In this document: positions 34,799 to 47,270 of the stretch, one piece after another
Position numbering within the stretch: the first letter of the stretch is position 1
How the letters are laid out: each line of letters begins with the position of its first letter
Assembly (NCBI GenBank): GCA_036172245.1
Contig: JAYWIR010000074.1
Coordinates: 1-64,000, forward strand
Length of the DNA stretch: 64,000 bases
DNA from: Raillietiella orientalis
Taxonomy: Eukaryota
Reading direction: 5' to 3'
Made by a program: the position numbers and the translations under genes
The notes under the pieces: model-generated
The model's database searches: none
Told to the model about the DNA's origin: nothing
The model's input: the letters and a program-made list of their open reading frames with translations, nothing else

Positions 34799-36565
34799 AG
34801 ACTGGGACCTTTTTAAGGAATCGGTCCGGGAATTCTGCGAGCAGTTCCCCCTAGACCGCCTGCCCTCCGGATTCGGCGAGGGTCCTCGCAACCATCGGGC
34901 CTATTTACATGCCCGTAGGTACGAGCGAACCCCTAATGTCCGTCGCCTGGCCGAGTACCGCGCCGGGGCCGAACGCCAAGCCTGGCAATCCGGGTCGGCC
35001 AGCTTGCTGGACGACCAGTGCCGAAAATGTTCGTCCCCGGCGTCGGTACGGCATCTCGTGCGGAGTTATTATTCCTCCCTTTACGCCAGGGCGCCCCCGG
35101 ATCAAGATGCCTCTCGGCTCTTGCTTCCGGATGGTGCTGCGGCAATAGGGGAGGAGGAGTCGTTAAGCCTCGATGAGCCTTTTACCACCGGCGAAATTCT
35201 CAACGGTATCAAAAGGCTTACGAACCGGAAACCTCCAGAGGAAGACGGCTTGCCCGCGAAGTTCTATCAGACCTTCGCGGAAGAGCTGGCACCCCTGCTG
35301 CTTCAGCTGACAAGGCTGATCCGAGACGAAGGCGATGTTACCGCCTCGTTTGGTTCAGCCAGAGTGAGGCTCCTTCCGAAAGGGGGAGACCTTTGGAATT
35401 TGAACAACTGGCGTTCGATCACGATTGTGAATACGGACGCCAAGTTGGTTGCCGGGCTATGGGCTTTGCGTCTGGGGTAGGTGGCAGAAGCCATAATCAG
35501 CCCGGAGCAGACAGATTCTGTTCCCGGGCGAAGTATGGATGCCAACCTCTTCTTCGCGAGCACATGGATGCAGGCGCAGAGGTGTCAAAAGAAAGGGAAA
35601 GGAAAAATCGGCAACCCCACTTAGGGGCCGTCAGCAGGGCAGGGAATGGATTCTTGGGCGGATACGGGGGCCTTAGCGCTCGCAGTCGATCTATATAAGG
35701 CGTTCGACTGTGTTGACCAGGGGATTTTGTTAGAGCTCCTGGGTCGCATGGGCTTCCCACCCTCCTTGATTACCTACCTGCGCTCTTGCTGGATATATGC
35801 GATAATTTCCGTCTCTTTCAGGATTCAGAAGGTGCATGGCGTCCTCGTGCGGCGGGGCATCAGGCAGGGAGATAGCCACAGTCCCCTGCTCTTCAGCACC
35901 TACTTTGACTTGATGCTGAGAGCGTACAGGGTAACTCTGGCCCCATTGCCAAGCTCGTGCCCCGGCACGCCCGCCGTTGCAGCGTACGCCGACGATCTTC
36001 TGCTCTTGTTGCCAATGTCCACCCAGGCAAAGGCGGTTGGAGACTTCTTCGATCAGCTTAACCGCGGGACCGGACTGCAGGTCAACAGGGCGAAGTCATC
36101 GGTGGTGGCAGTAGGTGCGGAGTGGGCAGGGCAGCAGGACTGGGTCCGTCTGGGGATCCCCACGCCGAGGTGCCTCAAGTATTTTGGTGTGCCGTTGGGT
36201 GACTACTCCCCTGCGTAAAAGTGGTCCAGCTATCTTCAAAAAGTTGAGACGGCGATCGGCCCGTTCCTGGAAGGCAAGTTTCACTTGCTGGAACGGGCCG
36301 CGGTTTGGAACGCTTTTGCGGCCCCCATCCTCCGCTTCTTTCTTTTTGTTTGCCCCGCCCCCAGAGAATGCAAAAAGAGGACAAAGGGCCTCCTCCGCAT
36401 AGCCCTTTGGGGCAAGGGGAGGCCCCGCGTCCCTCTTAAGGATTTGTGCGCTCCTCGTCGGGATGGTGGTCTGGGCCTTTTGACGTTGGAGCGGCTGGAG
36501 ATAAGGCTCCATTTCCGAGTTTTTGCCTTTATGGCAGAAAATTGGTGCACCCCTTGGTGCCTCCT

Positions 36566-39500
36566 TGTGGCAGCTTTGGTCACCTTAAAATGAGGTGTCC
36601 GAGCGTGCAGTGCCAGCAATGCAAACAAGCGGGGCACACCGGTCTGGTGTGCCCCCAAAACACAGTCCGCATCGTGTCCGCGAAAAACGCGAGAACGCGC
36701 GCGGCTAACAAGAGGAAAAAGCTGGCTGCTCGTGCTGCTGCTAAGGAGGTTACCTCCGCCACCAAGGCGAAGGCCAGCCCCGAGACCTCGGCGGAAACCG
36801 CAGAAAAGGTCGAGGGCGAGGGTCAAGAGCCAGGGTGGCAGAAGTTCGACCCCAAGAAAAACTCCTATAAGAAGGGAAAGAACGTGGCGAAACGGAGCGA
36901 AACCGTTCTGCGCCGCTAAAAAATTAAAAGCTGCTGCGTCGTAGTAGAGCGCATTCCCGCCATCGACGGATGCGGCGCTAAAGAACTCGCTGCTGCCCCT
37001 GCTCAACCCTCCTTTGAGAAAGTCAACAAGGAGGATAGAAGGGGGCCGCGTCCGTCATCGAGCCCATGCTCGATGACGTCGCCTTCGAGCGCGCCGCGGA
37101 GGAGCTGGCTGCCTCGCTGCAGCCGGTTCCTCCCAAATCTGCCAACAAGGCCGTCAGTCGTCCGGCTTCCCTTAGGGAGTCGGCCACTTCCGACCCCGAG
37201 TTGAAGGCCGGAAACACAGCATCCATCTCCGCGGCACCCCGCAAAAAGGCTGGACGAAAGTGCACAATGCCCCGCAAGATCGTCTTCCCCTATGAACCAC
37301 AGGTGAACGACCGTGCCGTTCACCTGCAGCTGCTCAGGCACAACACGCCTGTTCGCTACGGTGATCCGCGCGAAGGCTTGCCCTATGTGGACAGAGGGGA
37401 AATCCTTTAGAGGATTTGGCCTCCTCCACAGAGCGTGCACGGTGGCGAACTTTGCCTGCACACTTACGACATCGCGGTCGGAGATTTCCGGTTCGATGTC
37501 GCACAATTGAACGACTAAAGACTCGTCCATCGCGGTAGGTAGGACTTCCTTGCCATTGATGGTCAACGGCGTACGGAGAAGGCGCTGCACAAGTGCTGCG
37601 TTCTTGCACCGAATCTTCGTATATTCCATCCTGCCAGCAGGCATTATGGCAAGGAGTTCCTCCTCGCGAACGCCTATCCGGACGAGCTCATCATTGAGCT
37701 CACGACCGATTCTCCCGTTAAGTGGCCCACTGAACCTATAACGGAGTGCAGGCATGTATTCTGATGACACATATGCCTGGAATTCCGCATCGCAGGGTAT
37801 TGGAGTTTGGGAGGTAACGGCGGCGTAACTCCTCACCGGGGGCGAGGAAACCATTACGGAGGATGCGGCCACTTCAAGTACAGCTGAAGTGCATCCAGTG
37901 GCTTGTTCCTCCATACTATCCTGTGTACTGGCCATGTTGCACTATGCTACTTGGCAGATTGCACAGGAACACACAAGTGCGAGCAAAAACGCAGGCACAA
38001 AGTTGCCCGATCGTTGGCGCGGATAGACGCGAAAACACGTCTGCACTGTACGAGCGCAGGAGATCGAACGGATCTCGGGTGGGAGGCTGTTGTGGCGTTG
38101 CGGCACCGCGAAATCAAGCGGTGTCGCCTTCCAGCTTCGGCCAGTCATCGAGACCGCAATAAAGGACGTTCGGTTCGATGACGCAGATCGCGTCGGTCAG
38201 CTGACTCTCAGCTGGTCCGACTCTATCGACCTGGTCGTCACCAACCTATACGCTCCTAGCGGAAACAACGCGTTGAGGGCGAAGGCAAGAAAAGAATTCT
38301 ACCTTTCCCTGAGACGCGATTGGCTGACCGATGCAGGAGTTCGCAAAGCGCACCTGATCGCAGGTGATGTCAACCTGCGCCTGCTTTCAGGTGCGCCGGA
38401 TACACTGAAGGACCGCGTCAACGAGTTGTGCGCAGAAATGAACACGCGCAACTTTTTGGCCGGGGACACGGACATGGAAAGCAGCATCGATCACGTGTAC
38501 CTTGATCAGCACCTATGCTCTCGGTTGCGCAGGCGCGGCAAGGTACCATCCGAGCTGTCGGACCATGGTCGGATCATGTTCGAAATGCGTCCGCGCGACA
38601 GGGGCCCCCCCTCGTCAGCGTGGCGTCTGCCAGGGCACTGGCTGAAGTTTTCCGACGTGGCGGAGCTCCTCCGCGCGTTGATTCGGAGCTTCAGGAAGCA
38701 GACACTTCAGGACTGGGACCGCATCTAGCGGTCGGTCCAGGAGTTCTGCGACCAGTTCCCCCTGCAACGCCTACCTGCGGGATTTGGGGAGGGGCCGCGT
38801 AACGAAAGGTGCTATCCTTAAGCCCGACGTTACGCGAGAACCCCCGACATGCGCAGGTTAGCAGAGTATCGAGCGGGAGCCGAGAGGCAAGCCTGGCAAT
38901 CCGGGTCGGCCAGCTTGCTGGACAACCAGGGCCGGGAGCACACGGTTCCCGCTCAGAAACGCGCGATAGTGAGGAAATTTTACTCCTCCCTGTACGCCAG
39001 GGCGCCTCCGGAGCGAGACGTCTCACGACTTCTGCTTCCGGAAGGTGCTCCAGCGATCGGGGAGTAGGAGAAAAGAAGCCTCGACGAGCCTTTCACGATG
39101 GACGAGATCCTCTCGGCCATCGGAAAGCTCAAGAGGCAGAAGGTTCCAGAGGAGGACGGCCTGCCCTCGGAGTTTTATCAAACTTTCGCGGCAGAGCTTA
39201 CTCCCCTGGTACATCAGCTCACCTTCCTGATCCGTGAAACAGGTGACGTTCCCACCTCGTTTCGTTCAGCAAAGTTGCGGCTCTTCCCGAAGGGAGGAGG
39301 CCTAAGGAGCATGAACAACTGGCGTCCCATCACAATAGTGAATGCGGACGCCAAGTTGTTAGCCAAGCTGTGGGCAGAGCGCCTGGGACGGGTCGCCAAC
39401 ATCTTCATCAGCTCTTAACAGACATATGCTGTTCCTGGGCGGAGTGTGGAGGCGAACCTGTTTTACGCTTCCACATGGTTAGAGCTTCAAGAAAAAAGGA

Positions 39501-41684
39501 GCATAATAAGCAACCGGAATTGCTGTGCGTCCGTCGGTGGGGGACGGGATGGTCGAAAGGGGAGAGGAGCCCTCGCGGTCGCAGTCGATTCGCATAAAGC
39601 ATTCGATTGCGTCGACAAGAATCTCCTTTTCGTTCTTCTGGAATGCTTGTGCTTCTTGGCCTCTTTGCTGGCCTACCTGCGCTCCAGCTTGCGCGACGCG
39701 CTCATTAATGTTCTTTTTAGCGGGCAAACCGTGCACGGTGTACCGGTGCGACGCGGCATACGGCAGGGAGACAGCCTAAGCCCCTTGCTCTTCAGCGCTT
39801 ATTTCGAATTGGTGCTGAGAGCGTACAGGGAGACTCTTGCGCACCTGCCGGGCGATTGCCCCGGTACGCCTGCGGTTTCGGCGTAAGCGGACGAACTTCT
39901 GCTGCTGCTGCCTATGTCCACCCCGGGTTCGGCGGTCGAGGACTTCTTCGACTTGCTGAGTCGTGGAACAGGACTGACGGTGAACAGGGCGAAGTCGTCC
40001 GTAATGCCAGTTGGAGCGGCGTGGGCAGGGCAGCAGGAGCGGGTCCGTTTGGGGATCCCCAAGTTGAAGTACTTCAAGTACCTTGGTGTGCCGTTGGGGG
40101 ATTACTCCCCTGCGGAAGCGTGGTCCGGCTGCCTTCGGAAAGCTCAGGAGGCGATCGGCCCGTTCGAGGACGGCAGGTTCTTCCTGCATGAACGGGGGGC
40201 GGCGTGGAACGCGACTGCGGCCCCCCTCCTTCGCCATTTTCTTTTTGTTTGCCCTCCCTCAGCGGAGTCAAAGAAGAGGACGAAGGACCTCCAGAGGATC
40301 GCCCTTTGGGGCAGAGGGAGGCCTTGCGTCCGTCTTTCGGACTTGTGCGCTCCTCGTCGGGATGGTGGCCTGGGCCTCCTGACGTTGGAGCGGCTGGAGC
40401 TACAGATCCAGTTCCGACTTGTTGCCTTTATGGCAGAAAATTGGTGCACCCCTTGGTGCCTCCCTGCACGTCTCCTCGTCGAGCAAGCCACCGGCAATGC
40501 GGGACTCTCGTCCTACTTTGCACTCCGAAGCCCCATCTGCCAATGCGGACTTCAACTTCGGAGGGCGGCCAAGCTCGTGAAGAACAACTCGGTTCTGATC
40601 CTCCTACGCTCCGCGAACGGTGCTGCCTGGTTGCAGGAAACCGTCCGCAGGTGGGCGATGATTCAGGAGCAGAGCCCGCAACACGATTGAATAGCTCTGT
40701 TCGGGCCGCATGCCCGCCGCACGCTCCGAGAAATCATCGAGAATCCCCGAAGGAGAGCGTGGGCACAAAGACATTCCCTTGCTGCGGTATTGCTCTCCCT
40801 ACGGGAACATCTGAGCAGCGACGTAGCGGCACAATTGGAGGTTACTGTCAAGATCGCCAGCAGGGCAAAGAAAATCGGGGATTGGAAAACGGGTCAGCTC
40901 ACTAACGCTGCGACCCCGAGGACCACCCCAAATGGACTGTTGCGATGGGGAGAGCAACTGGATGTTCCAGAGGAACATCTCGAGTGGCCCCCGGTGCTCA
41001 TGGACTAGCGCACCCTCCTTGTGGAGTGGCAACAGTCGGCACTGCTGGTGTTGCATTGGGGGCTTCCCTGTAACGCCCGCCGACACCTCTGGACGCGGGG
41101 GGGTGTCAACCCTAATTGTGTCAGGTGCGGGGAGAGTGAATTCCTCCCCCACCTGTTAGTGGATCGTGTTGCCCTCCGTCCCTTGTGGGAACGCTTTGCC
41201 GCAGCCCTGGGGATCCCCGGAGGCAACATCAGAGACGCTCTTCGTCCGTGACGCCCTGCCTCCAGCGGCCTCGCTTGCAGCCCTGTGCTGCCTACGGGGG
41301 ATCGTCGTGGCATTGAGCAAAGCGACGGAAGGATCCAGCGACAGGGATGCCAACGGGTATGCCGCCCGTTTCCTCAGGGTGGCGAATCGATGGCCCCATC
41401 TGAAACCACACACGCAGAAACAGCTTGCCGGCATCTTCAAGAGGATGACGGACCCTCCCAGCAGACTGTGATCCCTTCCCGCTCCCTCCCTGATTTTTGT
41501 TTATTTTTTGTTTTCTTTTTGTTTCGTTCCCCCTCCCCTCTGCTGCCGAGGTTGCCTGAGCCGACCTGCGCACCGGTAGCCAGGCAAGCTATATCTTTCC
41601 AGGGCGTGGCTGGACTACTGGTCCAGTCACAGATTGTATAGGTTTATTCGTGAGAATAAACGTCCCGGCGCACCCGGATTTCAA
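36566..41684 (+). mobile_element. Family C copy C2: ORF1 piece (36566-37285) and ORF2 to 3' end (38053-41684)
   Basis: Close inverted homolog of C1 (e.g. ORFs 38090-38728, 39446-39886, 39914-40690). Ends AATAAAcgtcccggcgcacccggatttcaa. Confidence 0.9.
37286..38052 (-). mobile_element. Family A copy A3: 5' UTR and ORF1 N-terminus, nested antisense in C2
   Basis: ORF from 37935 reads MASTQDSMEE..VVHLWFIG. The 5' end cgtacagtgcagacgtgttttc abuts agcgcaggagat (38053-38064). Confidence 0.9.
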
Positions 41685-44323
41685 TGGAGATTCCGGAGCG
41701 TGACGCCTCTCAGGTATTCGCGAAGGTGTTCCTAAGCACCTGAGAGTCGCGTCCAGTCCCCCAAAAGACGCCAATCCCTGGATGGCGGTCCTTTGTCGCG
41801 AAACCGCATCTCGAAAATTAACCGTGAATGGTCCGACAACGTCGACGCAACCCTCCTTTGCTTGCCGACCCGTGAACACAGGTCAGCGTCGAGGAAGGCG
41901 TGGTCGATGCTGCGGACCATTCCCCTCTCACCCGCGAACAAGTTGCGCGCACGCATGGAGGCGCACATCTCGTTCATCGCGTTCTCTTGTGTTTCTGGAT
42001 CACCTGTTAGCAGACGGCGATTGAAATCTACCGCTATCAGGTGAGCCTTCCGCACGTTCGTGTCCGCCAGCCAGTCGCTCTTCAGGGATTCCAGCAGACT
42101 GGTACGGTCGCTGTATGCCTGTTTACCGCTGGGGGAGTATACATTCGTGACGATCAGTTCGATCGAGTCGCAGCAGTTCAGAATCAGCTGACCGACCCGA
42201 CCGTCGTCATCGAAGCGCACGTCCTTCACGGCAGCGTCGATGGCCGGCTTCACGAAGAACGCGACCCCGCAGGTGTTGCGGAGGCCGCTCCGCCAATACA
42301 ACCGACCCCCCGCGATCGTCTCGATCTCCTGGCCGTCTGCCGCGTTGATCACGTAGATCTCCTGCAGCAGGGCCAGGTCGAGCTCACGCAGGCTGTCGGC
42401 CGTATATCGCCTGTTACCGTCGTCACGCAGCCCGTTGACGTTCCAACAGGCGGCGCGAATCCGACGGCGACTGGCGAGCCCAGGTGTTACTCCTGGGAAG
42501 ATGGCGATGCGGCGTCAGCCACCTGTTGGGGCGGAACGCTAGGTGGAGGAGTAGGGTCAGGCGCTGCGTGCACCTGGTCCCTTTCCTCCATGGGTAACGG
42601 CGCGTCGAGCGGGTCACCCTCAGGTGGGGTGGAGCCTACCCGTTGGCCCTCCTCCATGGGGGCGGGTTGTTCAGGCTCGGCGACTGCACGGAGGACTTCG
42701 CCCCCCTGCTCATCCTCCTCCATTGGGGTGGCCGTCTCCACGACTTCCGAGCATGGGAGTTCCCCCTCCGGGATTCCCACGCTACCGGTAGCTTCCTGCT
42801 TCTCCTCCTCGCTAGTGGAGGAAAGGCGCCTCCTGGGTTTCTCGGACTTGCGTCCCGACTCCCTGGGGGGTGCCTCCGAGGAGAAGAATGCACTTCCGGC
42901 CCCCAGGTCCTACTCACCCGTGGGGGCCTTTTTCGCGGGTGCCGGCCTTCGCACGGCCTTGCGTAAGGGGTTTTCACGCTCCGCCAGCCTGGCCGCGAGC
43001 TCCTCCGCCGCCTTTGCGAACGCGGCGTCCTCGGTGTCGACCGGCGCATCGCGCGGCTCACCATCTGTTTGCACAGAGGGTTCGCCGTCGCGAACTTCGG
43101 GCGCGACGGAAACGGCGAGGGGAGGCTCGTCGCCCCGGGTCTCATCTTCCGGAACGACGATACGTTTCATTGCCACCGTTCACTCGCGTACGGTTTTCGA
43201 ACGCGGCCCGATTTTTTTGCCTTACTGGCCGGCTTCTCTTTCTTCTCCTTTAAAGGAGATTTTTTCTCTTTTCTGGCTGCTACAAGTTACCAGCCCTCTT
43301 CACCTTCCCCCTCTTGGGAAGGTTTATCCTCCGTCTTTTCTTTTGGAGGTTGAGGATCTGGCAGCTTCAGCCGGCCAGCGTCCGTCTTTGGTCTTGTGTC
43401 CTTTAGTGCGTGTTTCCCCTGCGCCTTTTTCGCGGCAGGAGGAAACAAGGTAGGGGGTTTTGGGCACACCCGTCGAACGTGGCCCTTCTCCCCGCACATG
43501 TGGCATTGGATGTTAGGACACCTCTTGCGAAGGTGTCCTACGTTATCGCAGTAGCCACAATACCGGGGCTTTCCCACGTACCAGAGGTCCACGCTCTCTT
43601 GCGCGACCTCCAGCTTGTGGGGAAGCCCACATTCCTTACTCACGGTTACCCGCGCTGCAGCCTGGCCTCCGAAATGGCTATTAAAGCCTTCAAGATTGCT
43701 GGTTTAGGCCACAGCGCGTGCACCTCCCCGAACTTCCGTAGTTCTTGTGCTACCGCAGAGCGAGTCAAACGGCTCGTTATTCCAGTGAGATGGACTACCA
43801 CGGAGCGGTCCATCGTCACCGGCAAGATCTTGCGGCCGTCGACGTTCAACGGGTTGGTGATAAGAGTCTGAGCCAAGGTGATCTCCGTGCACACCACCTC
43901 GACTCGCTGACCTCCGCTGAGAACAAACAAACCGTCAAGATCTTGTTCTCTTACTCCGGCGTTTTGCAGCGCTTACGAAAACGCGCGTGCCGTTTTTCCA
44001 TCAAATAAGGGGTTTTCCTGGTATACCAAGCTGGGCTTGTACCAAGCTGCCCGATAGGCCGCCATCTCTGCCACGGTTTCCGCGATCGGCGCGGCCACCA
44101 TGGCGCTCCAGCTCCTCGCCTCGGGCGGCGAGGGCGATTCCAAGGCGGACGCCCTGATTCTGTAGGCTGTGGGGGAGGGCAAGCCTCCCTCACACCTACC
44201 TCCATCGTGGTGTCCTCAGGCATCGCTGCCATCGGACTGCAACGATGTTCCACAGCAAACAACTCAAGAAAAAACCGCTTCCTGTCGACTCACTCGGGAG
44301 CGAAGGAGAAACACGTCCACTCG
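41685..44323 (-). mobile_element. Family D copy D3: 5' UTR, ORF1 and endonuclease
   Basis: 5' end cgagtggacgtgtttc. Broken ORF1 44223-42487 has CGYCDNVGHLRKRC / CHMCGEKGHVRRVC; EN 41732-42352. Confidence 0.88.
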
Positions 44324-47270
44324 CCAAGGGATTCTGCGGAGGGGCTCGCAACAACCGCGCGTATTTGCACGCGCGTCGTCACGAGAGGAACCTCAATGTT
44401 TGTCGCCTGGTTGAATACCGCACCGGAGCCGAGCGACAAGCCTGGCAATCCGGGACAGCCAGCATGCTGGATGACCTTTGCTGGGAACGTTCGTCCCCGT
44501 CTGCGGTACGGAATCTCGTGCGGTGTTTTTATTCCTCCCTTTACGCCAAAACACCAACCGAACAAGACGCCTGGCGGCGATTGTTCATGAGTGGTTTCGT
44601 GGCGATAGGGGAGGAGGAAAGAGAAAGCCTCGATGAGCCTTTCACGACCGCTGAAATTCTCGCCGGTATCAAAAGGCTCAAGAGGCGTAAGGCGCCAGGG
44701 GAGGACGGCTTGCCCGCAAAGTTCTTTCAGAGTTTCGCGGACGAGCTGGCGCCCCTGGTGCTCAAGTTGAATAGGCGAATCCGAGACGAAGGCGATCTTC
44801 CCGCCTCGTTCCGGTCAGCCGGGGTGAGGCTCCTTCCGAAGGGAGGAGACCTCAGGAAACTTTGCAACTGATGTCCGATCACGATTGTGAACACGGACGC
44901 GAAGTTGATTGCCGGGCTGTTGGCGACGCGATCGGGGCAGTTTTCCAATTCCATAATTAACCCGGAACAGACTTACGCTGTTCCCGAGCGAAGTATGGAG
45001 GACAACCTCTTCTTCGAAAGCACATGGATGCACGCGCAGCGGAGTAAGAAAGAAGGGAAAGGGAAAATTTGCAACCCTACTTTGGAGCCGCCAGTGGGAC
45101 AGGGTAGGGACCCTCATGCGGGAAAAGGGGCCTTAGCGATCGCAATCGACCTCCATAAGGCATTCGACTGTGTTGACCAGGAACTCCTGTTGGAGCTCCT
45201 GGGTCGCATGGGATTCCCACCCTCCTTGAATACCTACCTGCGCTCTTGCTGGCGAAATGCGATAATCTCGATTACTTAAACTGGACAAAAGGTGTATGGC
45301 GTGCCGGTGCGGCGGAGCATAAGGCAAGGCGACAGCCTCAGCTCCCTGCTTTTTAGCACCTACGCTGTGTTGGTGCTGAGAGCGTACAGGTTGACATTGG
45401 CCCCCTTTCCGAGCTCGTGCTTCGGCACGCCAGCCGTAGCGGCCTATGCCGACGATCTTCTGCTACTCTTACCTATGTTCACCCCGGCGATGGCGGTCGA
45501 AGATTTCTTCGACCTACTTAGCCGTGGATCAGGATTACAGGTTAACAGGGCGAAGTCCTCTGTGTTGCCAGTTAGAGCGACGTGGGCAGGGCAGCAGGAC
45601 TGCGTCCGTATGGGGATCCCACGGTGAGGTGCATCAAGTACCTCGGTGTGCCGTTGGGGGACTTCTCCCCTGCGGAAGCGTGGTCCAGCTGCTTCCAAAA
45701 AGTCGAGACTGCGATCGGTTCGTTCCTGGAAGGCAAGTTTCACTTGCCGGAACGGGCCGCGGTTTGGAACGCCTTCGCGGCCCCAATCCTCCGCACCTTG
45801 CTTTTTGTTTGCCCCGCCCCCGTGGAATCAAAAATGCGGACGAAGGACCTTCTCCGCATTGCTCTATAAGGCAAGGGGAGGCCCCGAGTCCCTTTGAAGG
45901 ACTTGTGCGCTCCGCGTCGGGACGGCTGTCTCAGCATCCTGACGCTGGAGCGCGTGGAAATCCAGCTGCGATGGTGGACCCTCGCCATCGCAGCGAAGAT
46001 GTGGAGCACTGCTTGGTGCATTCCGGCCCGCCTCCTGGCCAGACGTGTGTCCCTCTGCGGAGGACTCGCATCGTTTCTTCTGTGCCCTGGCCGGAAGATT
46101 CAAAGATGCCGTCTACTGCTCGGCCGCATGGCAACCCTGGCAAAGGAGAACGACCGGATGTTTTGTGGCCCCGCCAACTCCTCCTCTTGGCTGAAGTTGA
46201 CTGCTGGCACCTGGGCCAAGCAGAACCAGAGTTGCGAAGACCGGATTAACTAACTGCGCGTCGGCTTTTATGCCCGCCGAACTCTCCGTGAAATTCTTGA
46301 ATTTCCACCGAGTTGCACGTAGGCGGAAGGCACACCCCTTGTTACGGCGATGCCCTTCCTCCAAAGGGCGCTTCACGAAAGCCGGAAGCCAAGGTGGCAA
46401 GTCTGCTGCCGTATCGCAGGCAGAGAGAATATGATGAGCGGCTGGATTATGGGAGAGTTGACAGATGCAACGACCCCTAGTCTCCAGCCGCGTGGATTAA
46501 GTAGACGGGGGATGGGTGCTCGGCATTCGATTGGATGACCTGAAGTGGCCCTTGGTTCTACTTGGATCCAGGATTCTCCCCCTGAAGTGGCAAGAATCGG
46601 CGCTATTCTGGCTGCATTGAGGTCTACCCTGCAACGCGCGCCGCTTCCACTGGACGCGGGGAAGTGTAGATCCTGCGTGTGCCAGGTGTGGTGAGCGGGA
46701 GTCGCTCCCCCACCTCTTAGATGAATGCTCTGCCGTCCAGATTCTTTGGGATCGTCTGAAAACGGCCCTCCGGATACCGGATGGTGGCAATGTTGGATGT
46801 GTCTTCAGTCTTGTCTTCGTGCGGGACGCCCTCAGTCCATCCTCAGCCCTGGCAGCACTTTTCTGCATTCGTGGTATCGTGGCGGCCTAGAGTGATGCCG
46901 AAGATGAAGACTGCATCGTGAGGGACGTCATCGAGTACGCTTCTCGCTTCCTGCAGAGAGCTACCCGATGGCTCCATCTGGGAAAACTGAAAATGGAACT
47001 AGAAGGCATCCTGCAAAGGATGCGCGCTCCCAGTAGTTTTCTGTGATCCCTTCCCGGCCCTCCATACTTTTTTTTGTGGTTTGTTTTTCTCTTTTATTTT
47101 ATTTTTGTTTTCTCTTTCATGCCCCTCCACTGCCGAGGAGAGCCACACCGGGCTGCGTCCCGGTGTCCCAGCAGTTCCGGTATTGCGTTACCTTCAGTGG
47201 GACTTTGTTCCACGTTCTGTATTGACCGTCGAAATGTTTTTAATAAACGTCCCGGCATATCCGGGTGGCA
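44324..47270 (+). mobile_element. Family D copy D4: ORF2 from PxGF onward and 3' UTR
   Basis: ORFs 44245-44871, 44887-45279 (KAFD) and 45292-45627 (YADD). Ends AATAAAcgtcccggcatatccgggtggca. Confidence 0.88.

Larger units (their letters stand above)
28923..36565 (+). mobile_element. Family D copy D2: ORF2 from GDFN onward (28923-29265 and 34782-36565), split by C1
   Basis: FNLRLLTGEPETQENA matches the D3 EN. The frame resumes as TLRNLQDWDLFKESVREF at 34782; RT ORFs 35004-35480 and 35646-36218. Confidence 0.85.
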
